Assembly (NCBI GenBank): GCA_963714095.1
Contig: OY970230.1
Coordinates: forward strand, 134,206-198,205
Origin: Candidatus Gottesmanbacteria bacterium
Lineage (GTDB): Bacteria; Patescibacteriota; Microgenomatia; UBA10105; UBA927
DNA length: 64,000 nucleotides
Direction: 5' to 3'
In this document: in pieces, positions 1 through 10,481 of the stretch
How positions within the stretch are numbered: position 1 is the stretch's first letter
How the letters are laid out: each line of letters begins with the position of its first letter
Notes under the pieces: model-generated
Told to the model about the DNA's origin: nothing
Database searches by the model: none
What the model saw: only the letters and a program-made list of their open reading frames with translations
Made by a program: the position numbers and the translations under genes

Positions 1-1262
1 CCCCAATCCAGGTTACTGTCCATCAATATCCGGTACCGTGACTGCGCCTGGCCGGCAAATTCATTAACATACGAGATGTAATGCGGAAACGCCGTTCCCG
101 TCCCATAGGCAAACCAGATACAAAGAGTACCAACAAGAATTTTGCCGGCTGATCCTTTCAGACAGTACAAACTTTCAGACGCAACAACCGCAACAAACGG
201 AATTACCGGTAACATATACCGGACCCAGGGCTGAATATTTACCGCGGATATAAGTACCAATACCGCGAAAACCGGAATGGCAAACAGCGCAATCCGTCTG
301 CGGCGCCTCTGTGCACACAATCCGAGAATAAAAAATACCAATAGCGGAATGGGGACTTTTAACAGAAATGTCGTGACCATAAAATACCAGCGGGCAGACG
401 GATAAAACTGTCCCAAAAAAAAGATCTTTGGCTGACGCTGTGGCCTGATGACGGTATTTTTGATGACCGCAAGATAATTTCTAAGCGGCAACTTCTGTGT
501 TTCCGCGATCCGCAGAATTCCCGCGAGCGCCTTGTCGTTACGGGCAAGAGCGTACGCGTACAGGCGGCTCGATACCCTCCCGGCATCCTCACGGGATACT
601 ACAAGGACGTCTGAAGTGAAAAAATATGCTGCCCAAATGACGAATCCGGTTATACAAATAAAGAAAATGACATGAAAAATATTTGTGTATAATTTCTTGA
701 ACGCTTTTTTATACACCGATAATCCCGCAACGACTGTACTGATAACGAGAAACGGGATAGCAGTAATTTTTGAAGAGAACGCTAAACCCCAAGTAATGGC
801 AACGACACCCAGGCGCCGTATTGAATACCGCTCCATAAGCCGGACAAACGCCATGTAGGCAAGAAAAACAAACAGTGTTACACCGGTATCCAGCGTCACG
901 TAATGGCTGTTTGCCAGAAATGTGGGTTCCAGTGCCAGTAAAAACAGGGCAAAAACCGCCTGAGTGCGGCCGAAATACCGTTTGGTGAAAAAATACACGG
1001 CAATAAGCGTCAGCGCTCCGAAGAAAACGGTGACTGCACGCGGGGGCACAAGCGTACCCAGTCCCAGGACTGTAGGCAGCATGGCAAGCTCGCGGATAAG
1101 CGGCGGATTATTCGTGTCGATAAAAAACGTATGCCGGGTAAGTGCGTTCACACCTTCCTGCATGTGCACGATTTCGTCAAACGTCAGCGACTCCGCACGG
1201 GCACTTGCGAAAGATAACGCAATAAAAAGAAAAATGAGAATAACAGGCAACCATCGTTTCAT
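1..1262 (-). CDS. GT-C fold (GT39/PMT/ArnT-like) membrane glycosyltransferase, runs off window edge
   Basis: Hand translation from ATG at 1262: MKRWLPVILIFLF...SLTFDEIVH...NNPPL. Same frame reads MDSNLDWG at the window edge. Start overlaps the upstream TGA (TGATG). Confidence 0.8.
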   Translation of the reverse strand, partial: MKRWLPVILIFLFIALSFASARAESLTFDEIVHMQEGVNALTRHTFFIDTNNPPLIRELAMLPTVLGLGTLVPPRAVTVFFGALTLIAVYFFTKRYFGRTQAVFALFLLALEPTFLANSHYVTLDTGVTLFVFLAYMAFVRLMERYSIRRLGVVAITWGLAFSSKITAIPFLVISTVVAGLSVYKKAFKKLYTNIFHVIFFICITGFVIWAAYFFTSDVLVVSREDAGRVSSRLYAYALARNDKALAGILRIAETQKLPLRNYLAVIKNTVIRPQRQPKIFFLGQFYPSARWYFMVTTFLLKVPIPLLVFFILGLCAQRRRRRIALFAIPVFAVLVLISAVNIQPWVRYMLPVIPFVAVVASESLYCLKGSAGKILVGTLCIWFAYGTGTAFPHYISYVNEFAGQAQSRYRILMDSNLDW

Positions 1263-2395
1263 CAAAATAATGAGGTGTAGAGGGCAGCAAGTTTTTTTGC
1301 ACCTATCCGCGCATCGTGAACAGTTACCGCCCGATTACGGGCAGCTTGTCCGTACACGCTGCGTTTCCTGGGGCTCAGTATATAGCTTTTCAGTGCTTGT
1401 GCAAGTGCAGGGACATCTCCAGGATCAACCATGACACCGGCATCTCCGATATTTTCCGGTATTCCGCCGCTTCTTGTGGTGACAATCGGGAGACCCGCGG
1501 CCTGTGCCTCAAGGAGAGCCGTACAATACTGCTCCTCGTATGTCGGCGTGGGTTTACTCGGTGCGATAAACATATCCGCGCTGTTGTAGAACGCGTTCAT
1601 GTCCTCGTACAAAGCACTCGTATGGACGAAATGCCTGCTAAGCCCGTACTGCTCTTCTAAATCCAGTAATTTTCCCCGTTGACTCCCGTTTCCCACAAAA
1701 ACAAACGTGAGGAAATAGCGAGAAAGAGCCGGATCATGAATAAGTTTTTTTGCCGCCTCAACGATATCAAAAACTCCTTTATACCACTGGAGCCTTCCGG
1801 AAAATAAAATCGTCAGTCTCTTTTGTGCATGATTCCGGCGCAGGACCGAGTCTTTCGCAGGATAAAACACTTTTGTATCGATAAAATGGCTGATGACCGT
1901 AATTTTTTCGGGGTCTGCTCCCTCAAGAAGCAGGGCGGTTTTCGTTTTATTGGTAAGGGCAATAATGTGATCGAGTTCCCGTCTTGCCCTGGCTTTGTAC
2001 GCCCTGCGGCCGGGGATTCCTTCATTATTAAACGGGACATTTTCCAAAACCGTTGCGATGACTTTCTTCACATACCCTTTCTTTTTAGCGTTTAAACACT
2101 GCTGCGTATACCGGAAATACGTTTCAGCCGTATGCACGAGATCAAAACCTTTCAGATTCCCTTCCAAACCCCATAAATAATGCGCATCGACAAACAGCCT
2201 GTTTAGCAGAGGCATTTTATACGGGAAATCAGGAAGGTCCATGGGAGACGGAAGTTTGACCACGGGAAACGCGAACCTGTCATGGAAACTTGTCAGCGAG
2301 CCGAACGCAGTCATATCGAACGACTCCGTCAGCGGCTCGAAAAACTGCATCTCGTATTTGTTTAAAAATTTTCCGCGGACGACGGCAACTTTCAT
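1262..2395 (-). CDS. GT4 family glycosyltransferase
   Basis: GT-B motifs FSGRL..YKG and EQYCTALLEAQAAGLPIV. Confidence 0.9.
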   Translation of the reverse strand: MKVAVVRGKFLNKYEMQFFEPLTESFDMTAFGSLTSFHDRFAFPVVKLPSPMDLPDFPYKMPLLNRLFVDAHYLWGLEGNLKGFDLVHTAETYFRYTQQCLNAKKKGYVKKVIATVLENVPFNNEGIPGRRAYKARARRELDHIIALTNKTKTALLLEGADPEKITVISHFIDTKVFYPAKDSVLRRNHAQKRLTILFSGRLQWYKGVFDIVEAAKKLIHDPALSRYFLTFVFVGNGSQRGKLLDLEEQYGLSRHFVHTSALYEDMNAFYNSADMFIAPSKPTPTYEEQYCTALLEAQAAGLPIVTTRSGGIPENIGDAGVMVDPGDVPALAQALKSYILSPRKRSVYGQAARNRAVTVHDARIGAKKLAALYTSLF

Positions 2396-3975
2396 ATCTG
2401 CCCCACATTAAGCGCATCACGGATGTCGCGATACCATCGTAAAAATATATTTCCTTCATGTACCGACGTTTGCAGCGGCGACGGTATTGTCGTGTTGATA
2501 TCGGTTGTATTCTGTTTATGTATTTGTTTGGTAATAAGCCAGGCGTCATTGCCTCCGGCCGTGTATGTTTCAACACTCGCCGCACGTTTTAACCGTTCAA
2601 CCTGCTGCAATTCACCCGTGGTACAGACTCCGGCACAAACGAATATTGCTCGGGCAACACCGGGAAAAACGATACCGCGGGTCCAATCCGCCAGTTGCGT
2701 ATATCCGATCGGCTGCGACGGATGAAAAAAGTAATTCTCAAATACATCACCGGGGAAATTCATAACACCGATCGTCTCAAAAGGCGCCAGCTTGGTATTC
2801 ACTGCCCTGGCAACATCATATTTCCACAGCTGCTTTCTGACCTGCTGGATCTTTAAATAATTCACTGCGACACTAAAAACTATAATGATTGCAACCCAGA
2901 AACAGACCGCCCACGACTTTTTTTCTCTTCGCTCAAGCCACAGGCCGCCGGTCCAGGCAAAAAACGGAATAAAGTAATACAGAAAATAACTGTGTCCCCA
3001 CGTCGCAGTAGGGAGAAATATAAGATTTAAGAGCCCGAACAGAAAAAAGAAAATGAGGGTAATGTCCGGTAACTTCCAGGATTCCCTGTGACCGATGAGT
3101 TTGACGATATAGATACCGGATACAAAAGCGAACGGAGAAAAATAAAGAAAAATACGTATGAGGGATATTACCAATAGCCGGACCGGCCACACGGATAATC
3201 CTGTCAGTTCCGCCGTATAGGAACGTGACCAAATGGCAACGGATAGCTCCCCGAATCCTTTCTGTAAGGCCAATACGCCGAAAAGAAAACTCCCTAAACT
3301 GACGGCGGTCGCCGCAAGATACACAACAATTGCGGGGAGCACGCGCTTCCCGAGCTTCGTAAAGAAAAAAATAATAAAGGGAAATAACAGATATAACACA
3401 CCCCAGTCCGCAAGCCCGGAACATATAGTCGCGAAGAATATGGCAACAAGATACCGCGGCTTGGTATCCCGTGCAAAACAGAGAACGAAATAATAGACGA
3501 GAAGATTAAAAAATAGACTTGCCTGTTCAAACAACATGTATTTCCAGAAAAATCCCGTCATCGGAAATATACTCGCAAGCGCCAACGACCATAGTGCAAC
3601 GGATGGATTCCACAGTTTCTTTGCAATCACGTACACCATTACCATGCTGCCGGCGGCAAAGAGTATCTGCGGCACGTGAACGACCCAGTTGGCCGTGCCG
3701 AAAAGAAATACGGAAAGCGCTTCCAGCCAAAAGACGAGAATCGGGTGATGCAGATAATACGGGTCGCCCGGCATAAAATGCGCCCCGGCAAAATAGGTCG
3801 GGAAAAATTTAAGCGTGGCGAACCCGAAGCGCAGATAATTTTTCGCCGCCAAACTTAAATAATTATTGTTCGTGTTGTAAATACCTACAAACGGATACAT
3901 ACTTCCCCAAAGCCATAAGGCGGCTCCGATGAGGATAAGAAAAAGGACAATGCGTTTCTGCCACAATAACTTCAT
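2392..3975 (-). CDS. GT-C fold (GT39/ArnT-like) integral membrane glycosyltransferase
   Basis: Many TM segments, YLHHP motif after TM1, 4-bp overlaps with neighbours. Confidence 0.7.
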   Translation of the reverse strand: MKLLWQKRIVLFLILIGAALWLWGSMYPFVGIYNTNNNYLSLAAKNYLRFGFATLKFFPTYFAGAHFMPGDPYYLHHPILVFWLEALSVFLFGTANWVVHVPQILFAAGSMVMVYVIAKKLWNPSVALWSLALASIFPMTGFFWKYMLFEQASLFFNLLVYYFVLCFARDTKPRYLVAIFFATICSGLADWGVLYLLFPFIIFFFTKLGKRVLPAIVVYLAATAVSLGSFLFGVLALQKGFGELSVAIWSRSYTAELTGLSVWPVRLLVISLIRIFLYFSPFAFVSGIYIVKLIGHRESWKLPDITLIFFFLFGLLNLIFLPTATWGHSYFLYYFIPFFAWTGGLWLERREKKSWAVCFWVAIIIVFSVAVNYLKIQQVRKQLWKYDVARAVNTKLAPFETIGVMNFPGDVFENYFFHPSQPIGYTQLADWTRGIVFPGVARAIFVCAGVCTTGELQQVERLKRAASVETYTAGGNDAWLITKQIHKQNTTDINTTIPSPLQTSVHEGNIFLRWYRDIRDALNVGQI

Positions 3976-5054
3976 GAGTCCGAAAGAATCCGATAGACGC
4001 TCTGCGCAAATGCAGCCCAGGTAAATTGTTTACTGCGCGCAGTTCCCATACCAGTTAATTTTTTCCGAAGAGCAGCTGATCCTGCAATCTCTGCAAGTGA
4101 ACGGGCGGCGGCGGCTTCATCGTCTTTAGCAAATACCAAGCCTGAATCCCCGACAATTTCGGGCAATGATCCGGTTTTTGCGTACGCAACCGGACACCCT
4201 GAACGCATAGCCTCTGTTGCCGGCAGACAAAATCCTTCCCAAAGCGATGTCAAAAGAAGCGCGTTCGCGCCGCGGTAGTACGAAGGCAACACACGGTCAG
4301 GAACGTACCCGACAAGCTTCACACGATCCCACAGGCCCAGCTTTTCTATGGCCTGAGGAATCATTTTGTCCGCCCAATAATCACCGCCGACTAAAAGGAA
4401 ATTATATTGTTTTTTGCTCAAATCCAAAAATTTTTTAAACGTTCGTATGGCAAACGGAATATTTTTCCCGCGCTTAAGCGCCCCAACATACAGGATGTAC
4501 GGATTTTTTTCCTTGTGCTTCGGGCCACTTCTGGTAAACCGCTGGTCGACGCCGGGATAGTTAACCGTCACCCTGTCATTGTCGACCTTGTACGTGCGGA
4601 TAATATCCGCTTTTGTGGATTTAGAAATTGTAACAATATGGTCGGATCGTTTTACCAGCTGCCTCGTCTGCATCTCAAGACGGGCAAGAGAGCCGGGATA
4701 CGCCCCTGGATACCGTAAAAATCCGAGGTCATACACAAAACCGATATTCCGCGCGGCTGAAAAAGGAATCATCTGGGACACCCCCAAAAATACATCCACA
4801 GGATTCCGCCGAAGCTCAATAGGTAGTTGAATCATCGACCAGCCTATCACGGGGCGCACAACCACATTTTTCATCCGCGGCCCGAACTCTTTCATTTGCG
4901 CGGGATGAATGGGTAAAAAGGTGTAGAGTCGGTATTCATTTTTTTTATCAATTTTACCGAGTTCGCGCAGAAGATTCACCGTCACACGATATACGCCGAC
5001 TCTCAACCTATCATCCCGAATGGACAATGCTCCCGCATCAACACCGATAATCAT
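3972..5054 (-). CDS. GT4 family glycosyltransferase (mannosyltransferase-like)
   Basis: GVYRV, YVGALKRGKN, EGFCLPATEAMRSGCPV. Confidence 0.9.
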   Translation of the reverse strand: MIIGVDAGALSIRDDRLRVGVYRVTVNLLRELGKIDKKNEYRLYTFLPIHPAQMKEFGPRMKNVVVRPVIGWSMIQLPIELRRNPVDVFLGVSQMIPFSAARNIGFVYDLGFLRYPGAYPGSLARLEMQTRQLVKRSDHIVTISKSTKADIIRTYKVDNDRVTVNYPGVDQRFTRSGPKHKEKNPYILYVGALKRGKNIPFAIRTFKKFLDLSKKQYNFLLVGGDYWADKMIPQAIEKLGLWDRVKLVGYVPDRVLPSYYRGANALLLTSLWEGFCLPATEAMRSGCPVAYAKTGSLPEIVGDSGLVFAKDDEAAAARSLAEIAGSAALRKKLTGMGTARSKQFTWAAFAQSVYRILSDS

Positions 5055-6202
5055 AAGGTTTGAAGAGACTGAATAAATTTCTTTGCTTGAATTTTGATAT
5101 TGAACCTGTCTATTATATTCTCTCGTGCTTGCCTCTTCAACTCAGCCATCTTAGATTTATGAGCATAAAGGTCTTCAATACGTCTACTAATAGCTGTTAT
5201 ATCAAATTGCCTATAAAGAAAACCGTTTACACCATTCTTAACAATTTCAGGATTACCACCCATTCTGCTGGTTACAACAACCTTTCCCATCGATTGTGCC
5301 TCTAATATAGCCAATGGGAGACCTTCAAAATGACGCGTGGGCAAAAATAATATATCGATACTACCTAAATATTTACGAACGTCCTCAAGAAATCCGGAAC
5401 ACGTATAATTTTGTGCAATATTAAACTTCTTTAGAGTTTTTTGGAGCCAAGAATAATAGGGTCCATCCCCAATAACAATAAAATGGTAATTCGTATTCTT
5501 ATGAATAAGCCGGCGCGATACATCAACAAAATCTTCTATTCCTTTTTCATTCGTCACTGTTCCTAAAAAACCAACGACGAACGCCTTCGGTTGAATATGC
5601 AGACGCCTTCGTATAGTTTGTATTTGAATGTGACTCAGCGGCTTGAATGCATTTGTATCAATACCGACATACAGAGGAATAATTTTATGCACAGATAGTC
5701 CTCCACGAACAAGATCTTGCTTCGTGTCTTTAGAAATCGTTAAAATTTTGCAAACGAATAAACTCGCTGCCTTATAAAGAAATGTAACGACTTTGGAAGT
5801 TTGCGTAGCGTAAATTGGTCCTAACTCAGTCCAAATTATCTTATAACCAAATAACCTAAGTAATGGAGTAAGAAATATTTTTTCTGTCATCGATTGTAAG
5901 CAAATAACATCAAAACGTACACCGTTTTCACGTTGATGAATGAGTGAAATATATCGGGGAAGAATAATTGGAAGCCGTACAAGAACAACCAATAGTTGTC
6001 TTTTTGTTCCAATCCCTTCTGCACCCCAGGAAATAACCGTCGTAGTTACACCGAATCGTGATGCGCGTCTCGCAAATAAAGCTAAATTAGTCAAAAAATA
6101 TGTCTTTACCGACCGATAGTTACGAAACTCCGAAAACAAATTAATATCGTACGTTTCGGAGCCGCTGAACCTATCCGCGTTTCTAATAAATAAAATTTTC
6201 AT
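5051..6202 (-). CDS. GT4 family glycosyltransferase
   Basis: SGSE, EKG, EGLPLAILEAQSMGK. Confidence 0.9.
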   Translation of the reverse strand: MKILFIRNADRFSGSETYDINLFSEFRNYRSVKTYFLTNLALFARRASRFGVTTTVISWGAEGIGTKRQLLVVLVRLPIILPRYISLIHQRENGVRFDVICLQSMTEKIFLTPLLRLFGYKIIWTELGPIYATQTSKVVTFLYKAASLFVCKILTISKDTKQDLVRGGLSVHKIIPLYVGIDTNAFKPLSHIQIQTIRRRLHIQPKAFVVGFLGTVTNEKGIEDFVDVSRRLIHKNTNYHFIVIGDGPYYSWLQKTLKKFNIAQNYTCSGFLEDVRKYLGSIDILFLPTRHFEGLPLAILEAQSMGKVVVTSRMGGNPEIVKNGVNGFLYRQFDITAISRRIEDLYAHKSKMAELKRQARENIIDRFNIKIQAKKFIQSLQTL

Positions 6203-6208
6203 TAAAAA

Positions 6209-6874
6209 TTACTGCTTTTTTGCTACAACAATGTAGTTAATAACGCTGTACTGAGATTTAGTAAAACGTCCAGGCAAACTTGAAAAACCCTTCATCAACA
6301 ATAGGATACCTAGCTGTAGAAGTCGTTTGGGGTATTTAAGGAAAAAACGATTAAATGTGGGTTCAAGATAAGAAATTGTCTCTTGCCCGATTGAAGTAAT
6401 CCAATTTCCTTCACTTCGAATATAGACGATCCTAAAGTTCGCTTTCTTAACCATATATTCGAGACCAAATTTTGTGTACCGGTAATAATCATAAGGAACT
6501 TCATGCAAATATCCCGTAAACGGCGCCGTTAAAATAAGAATGCCGTTTTTATTAAGTATCTTGTTTATTTTATTTAAAAACTGCTGTGGATCGGGCGTAT
6601 GCTCGAGAACTTGCGTACACAGTACTGTGTCATATGATTTTGAATGGAATGGATATCGTAAAAAGTCCTTTTTAATATCAGCAGCAGCACTATGTTTATC
6701 TATACCCGTATAGGAAATAACCTTTGACATAAATATTGACTTATATGGCATGAGTCCACAACCAACGTCTAATAATGAACCTCGAGTGTAACGCGAAGCT
6801 TTTTGCAAAGCATCCCACTGCAAGTCTTTAATAATTTTATCAGGCGAAAAAATTCCTACATTCGGATTGGACAT
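6209..6874 (-). CDS. Class I SAM-dependent methyltransferase (Methyltransf_11, polysaccharide-cluster type)
   Basis: LLDVGCG, TQVLEH, PYDYYRYT. Confidence 0.85.
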   Translation of the reverse strand: MSNPNVGIFSPDKIIKDLQWDALQKASRYTRGSLLDVGCGLMPYKSIFMSKVISYTGIDKHSAAADIKKDFLRYPFHSKSYDTVLCTQVLEHTPDPQQFLNKINKILNKNGILILTAPFTGYLHEVPYDYYRYTKFGLEYMVKKANFRIVYIRSEGNWITSIGQETISYLEPTFNRFFLKYPKRLLQLGILLLMKGFSSLPGRFTKSQYSVINYIVVAKKQ

Positions 6875-6875
6875 A

Positions 6876-8141
6876 TCAACTCAGAAGATTTTTGGCAGGA
6901 GCGGTTTTCATTAACTTCCATAAAATAATAAAATAGCTAATGGATGTTAGTGCTTCCGTTATAACAGTTGAAACACTTGTTCCCAAATAGCTAAATTGTG
7001 GAATAACAAATAAATTCACAACGAAATTAAATATGAGCGAAATAATCAATACCCCTAATATCCATTTAACTTTTGAAAATGACAAAAACAAAAAATAGAA
7101 GATGTTATTCAAAAATACTAGTGGTAAAGCAAAAATTAAGATTCGGAAAGGCAATATACTTGCAACGAAGCTCTTTCCACCAAGAATAGCAATTGCTAGA
7201 GGCGAAGCGATATACCCTACAACAAGTGTTATTAAAGAAAATAGTACAAGAATAATAAGCGATGTTTTTATAATCATCTTTAAATTTTTTACTTCTTCTT
7301 TATGAATATAGCCGGCCATTAAAGGATATGCACTCGCCATATAGAACGCCCAGAGCATAATAACGTTATCGAACAATTTATATGCAAGACTATATATGCC
7401 AACATCAACCGTTGTTTTCATCACGGAAAGCATCAATGTATCGACATTAAAATATAACATTGCTAATAAGGATGTTATACCAACGGGAAATGAAACTTTG
7501 ACCACCTTTTTAAATAATTGCAAGGAAGGTTTTAATGTTATCTGATAAAAATCTGGTGCTAAGTAAATATTTAATAGTGTACTCACCATATTCCCTATGA
7601 GAACTGCAAGAATAATTGCGTATAGCCCCCAATGCAACAAAACAAATATAACGATCGCAACTACCGTTACGATTCGATTGATTATTTCCAGAAGTGCTAC
7701 AAGATCAAGTTTAACCTTTGACTGAAATACAGACGCCCCATATGCATTCATCTGACCAACCCCGACAGCAAGAGAGCCAACAAGAATAGCCATCTTTATT
7801 GTTTGTGAGTAAGGGAAAAATATGAGTGCGACAAGAGCTAATAATATTGAAATAACGGTAAAAATTATTTTAAGTGAAAAATATGTAGATTTTAAATCAT
7901 TCGATGACTTTAAATCATCCGACAAATCACGAACCAATGTAAGTTGAAGTCCAAAATCGGCGAACGTAGCAAAAAAAGCGAGATAGGCAAATACAAGATT
8001 ATATATTCCGTACTGCGCAACACCTAAATATCTTGTTAAAAGTCCCACCGTAAGAAACCCAAGGATGACCGTTGTCGCCTTAGCGACAATCTGACTTGAT
8101 GTGTTAACAAATATCCTGTGAAATACGTTGCTACTATTCAT
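6876..8141 (-). CDS. Wzx-type oligosaccharide flippase
   Basis: Highly hydrophobic; TRYLG..QYG, DFGL, VDTLML..VGIYSLAYK. Confidence 0.9.
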   Translation of the reverse strand: MNSSNVFHRIFVNTSSQIVAKATTVILGFLTVGLLTRYLGVAQYGIYNLVFAYLAFFATFADFGLQLTLVRDLSDDLKSSNDLKSTYFSLKIIFTVISILLALVALIFFPYSQTIKMAILVGSLAVGVGQMNAYGASVFQSKVKLDLVALLEIINRIVTVVAIVIFVLLHWGLYAIILAVLIGNMVSTLLNIYLAPDFYQITLKPSLQLFKKVVKVSFPVGITSLLAMLYFNVDTLMLSVMKTTVDVGIYSLAYKLFDNVIMLWAFYMASAYPLMAGYIHKEEVKNLKMIIKTSLIILVLFSLITLVVGYIASPLAIAILGGKSFVASILPFRILIFALPLVFLNNIFYFLFLSFSKVKWILGVLIISLIFNFVVNLFVIPQFSYLGTSVSTVITEALTSISYFIILWKLMKTAPAKNLLS

Positions 8142-8329
8142 TATAGCCACATGCCTCTTGTTAGTTATATCATTTTTGAAGCTACAATGCGAAAATCATA
8201 ATCAAACACCTGTTTCACTTTAGAAATCCTACTCGCACTGTAAACTTACATTTACGTCTGTAATTTTGATGAACAGAAGACGAACGAAGATATTCTCCGC
8301 TGATCCCAGTATAATACGGGTAAAGCTGT

Positions 8330-9790
8330 ATGAAATCTTTCGTGTGGAAGCACCGGATAGCATTTTTATTTTGTCTATTTTTATTCCTCAGACTTTTGCT
8401 TCTTTTCCGTTATCCACCGTTTTCCGATGAATCGATTTATGTCCGTTGGGGCCAGCTGATGGTTCAAAACCCTATGATGCGGTGGGCTTCGATACACTAC
8501 GTGTCCCGTCAACCGCTTGCCTTCTGGATTTTCGGTATTGGTTCACATATATTCGGTACCCCGTTCATCGGCGCACGATTAGCTGTGCTTATTATAAATG
8601 CGATCTCGTTTTTCTTCTTCGCGGACTGGGTCAGTCACATAGTAAATGAAAAGATATCGGTCATTGCGCTTTTCTTATTTGCTGTCACGCCGATTTTTGT
8701 TTTCTTCCAAACAGTCGCACTCATGGACGGGCTACTGGTCACCGCAATGGTTCTCCTTCTGTGGTCGCTATCGCGTAAGAATATTGTCGTAACCGCTTTC
8801 TCACTGGCAGTATCGCTCTGGATCAAATCAACGGGACTCATCATGGCGCTCGTGGCCATGGGCGCCATTACGTACGCCGACCGGAAACACCCCTTCACGG
8901 CGCTTCTCCGTATCGGTCTCTGCATGGGTATTACTGTCATCCTATTGTTACCGCTGCTTCTTCGCCCTGACCGATCATTTCTGTTCGCCGAACCGCATTC
9001 TTTTACGTATTCCATTCGTGAACTATTCACATTCCCATTTCCCATATGGGTAAGAAACATCGGGATAGTAGTTTTTGCTCTCCTCGTATATGTAAATCCG
9101 CTCTACCCCATCGCTATTTTTTTCAGTCGGAATCAGCTTCCCCGACGCTACTTTTATTTCCTCCTCTATTTCACACTCGCGACCGCCGGTATTGTGATTC
9201 TGACCGGAAAGTTATTTACGACACGGTATGTACTCATCTGTCTCGTGCCGCTTCTTCCGCTCCTTGCATCTGGAATCTATGATCTCTGGGTGAAAAAACG
9301 TCGGCTCATCGTCATCATGACATTAACTTTCCCTGCAATCTTTTCCGGGATCCTCATACTCAATGCTCGGTGGTATTTCTGGCTGTTTCCCGATCACACG
9401 CCCCTCACGCAAGAACGTAATTACGCGTATTATTGGACGTCTGGCTACGCATCTTCCGATGCCGCACGGTATATCCGTTCAAACATTTCACATGGGACGC
9501 CCGTTCTCCTGGCCGTTGCTGACACGCCGGACAACCCCTCAGATTATATTCTTGCAACATTTTATTCCAGCAGAACAATCGCCGTCATCTTTCTCAACTC
9601 GCAGGAAGATCTTAAAAACCAGGCGAAACTTATTCAAACGTATCCCACGTACTATATCGTGCGACGCGACACATCACCGCCGTTTCTTTTGCCGTATCTT
9701 ACTGAAGTAAAAAAATTTCCTACCCCGGATGGTGCCGATTTTGTTGGAATATATGCGGTGCAGATTCCGAATAACGATGTTCAACGTTAG
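8330..9790 (+). CDS. GT-C fold (GT39-like) membrane glycosyltransferase
   Basis: FSDESIY motif after TM1, multiple TM helices; TATAAT at 8310-8315. Confidence 0.7.
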   Translation: MKSFVWKHRIAFLFCLFLFLRLLLLFRYPPFSDESIYVRWGQLMVQNPMMRWASIHYVSRQPLAFWIFGIGSHIFGTPFIGARLAVLIINAISFFFFADWVSHIVNEKISVIALFLFAVTPIFVFFQTVALMDGLLVTAMVLLLWSLSRKNIVVTAFSLAVSLWIKSTGLIMALVAMGAITYADRKHPFTALLRIGLCMGITVILLLPLLLRPDRSFLFAEPHSFTYSIRELFTFPFPIWVRNIGIVVFALLVYVNPLYPIAIFFSRNQLPRRYFYFLLYFTLATAGIVILTGKLFTTRYVLICLVPLLPLLASGIYDLWVKKRRLIVIMTLTFPAIFSGILILNARWYFWLFPDHTPLTQERNYAYYWTSGYASSDAARYIRSNISHGTPVLLAVADTPDNPSDYILATFYSSRTIAVIFLNSQEDLKNQAKLIQTYPTYYIVRRDTSPPFLLPYLTEVKKFPTPDGADFVGIYAVQIPNNDVQR

Positions 9791-9792
9791 TG

Positions 9793-9865
9793 TGGGCGGT
9801 ATAGGACTTGAACCTATGACCTTTTCAATGTCAATGAAACGCTCTACCAGCTGAGCTAACCGCCC
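9793..9865 (-). tRNA. tRNA-Val(GAC), CCA not encoded
   Basis: Reverse complement GGGCGGTTAGCTCAGCTGGTAGAGCG-TTTCA TT GAC AT TGAAA-AGGTCATAGGTTCAAGTCCTATACCGCCCA folds as a cloverleaf. Confidence 0.96.
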
Positions 9866-9877
9866 ATATTTCCTTCC

Positions 9878-9906
9878 TTGACGGTATTTATTATATCACG
9901 TAGACT
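9878..9906 (+). promoter_or_regulatory. Sigma70-type promoter of lepB (leaderless type)
   Basis: TTGACG-17 nt-TAGACT, then 6 nt to ATG at 9913. Confidence 0.6.
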
Positions 9907-9912
9907 TGATGT

Positions 9913-10479
9913 ATGAATTGGATCAAACGGGCATTCACTTCTATATTCGATTTTTTGCAGGGAATCGTCGTCGTACTTGCCCTACTCGTTATGGTGTACC
10001 TCTTCATTATGTCCCCCCAGGAAATTCAGGGTTCTTCTATGGAACCGAACTTTCATGATGGTGAATATATCCTCACCAATAAAATTTTATATAAATTCCG
10101 CGACCCGGTACGGGGTGACGTCGTCATTCTCAAATCCCCGATGAATAAAGAGATTGACTACATCAAGCGTGTCATCGGTCTTCCGGGCGACACAGTGTCA
10201 GTCCATGATAACGCGCTTTGGATAAACGGCGAAAAACTTGTCGAGCCGTATCTGGCGCCCGATACACAAATTTTCGGCGGCACATTCCTTCCGGAGGGGC
10301 AAACCATCACTGTCCCGCCGGATAATTATTTTGTCTGCGGAGACAACAGGGCACACAGTTCCGATTCCCGCGAGTTCGGGACCATTGCAAAAGGGGATCT
10401 TATCGGGGTTGCGATTTTCCGCTATTATCCGTTCTCACTGATGGGACCCATCACCCGTCCCACGTATTCGATGCCGTAG
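9913..10479 (+). CDS. lepB: Signal peptidase I
   Basis: GSSMEP (catalytic Ser), YIKRVIGLPGD (Lys), GDNR..S.DSR. Confidence 0.95.
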   Translation: MNWIKRAFTSIFDFLQGIVVVLALLVMVYLFIMSPQEIQGSSMEPNFHDGEYILTNKILYKFRDPVRGDVVILKSPMNKEIDYIKRVIGLPGDTVSVHDNALWINGEKLVEPYLAPDTQIFGGTFLPEGQTITVPPDNYFVCGDNRAHSSDSREFGTIAKGDLIGVAIFRYYPFSLMGPITRPTYSMP

Positions 10480-10481
10480 CA

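Noticed and set aside
8211-8228. parS site (TGTTTCAC half-site)
   Set aside because: Second half is not palindromic (tttagaaa).
9793-9865. tRNA-Val as the island integration site
   Set aside because: No duplicate of its 3' end noticed; the island boundaries match ftsZ instead.
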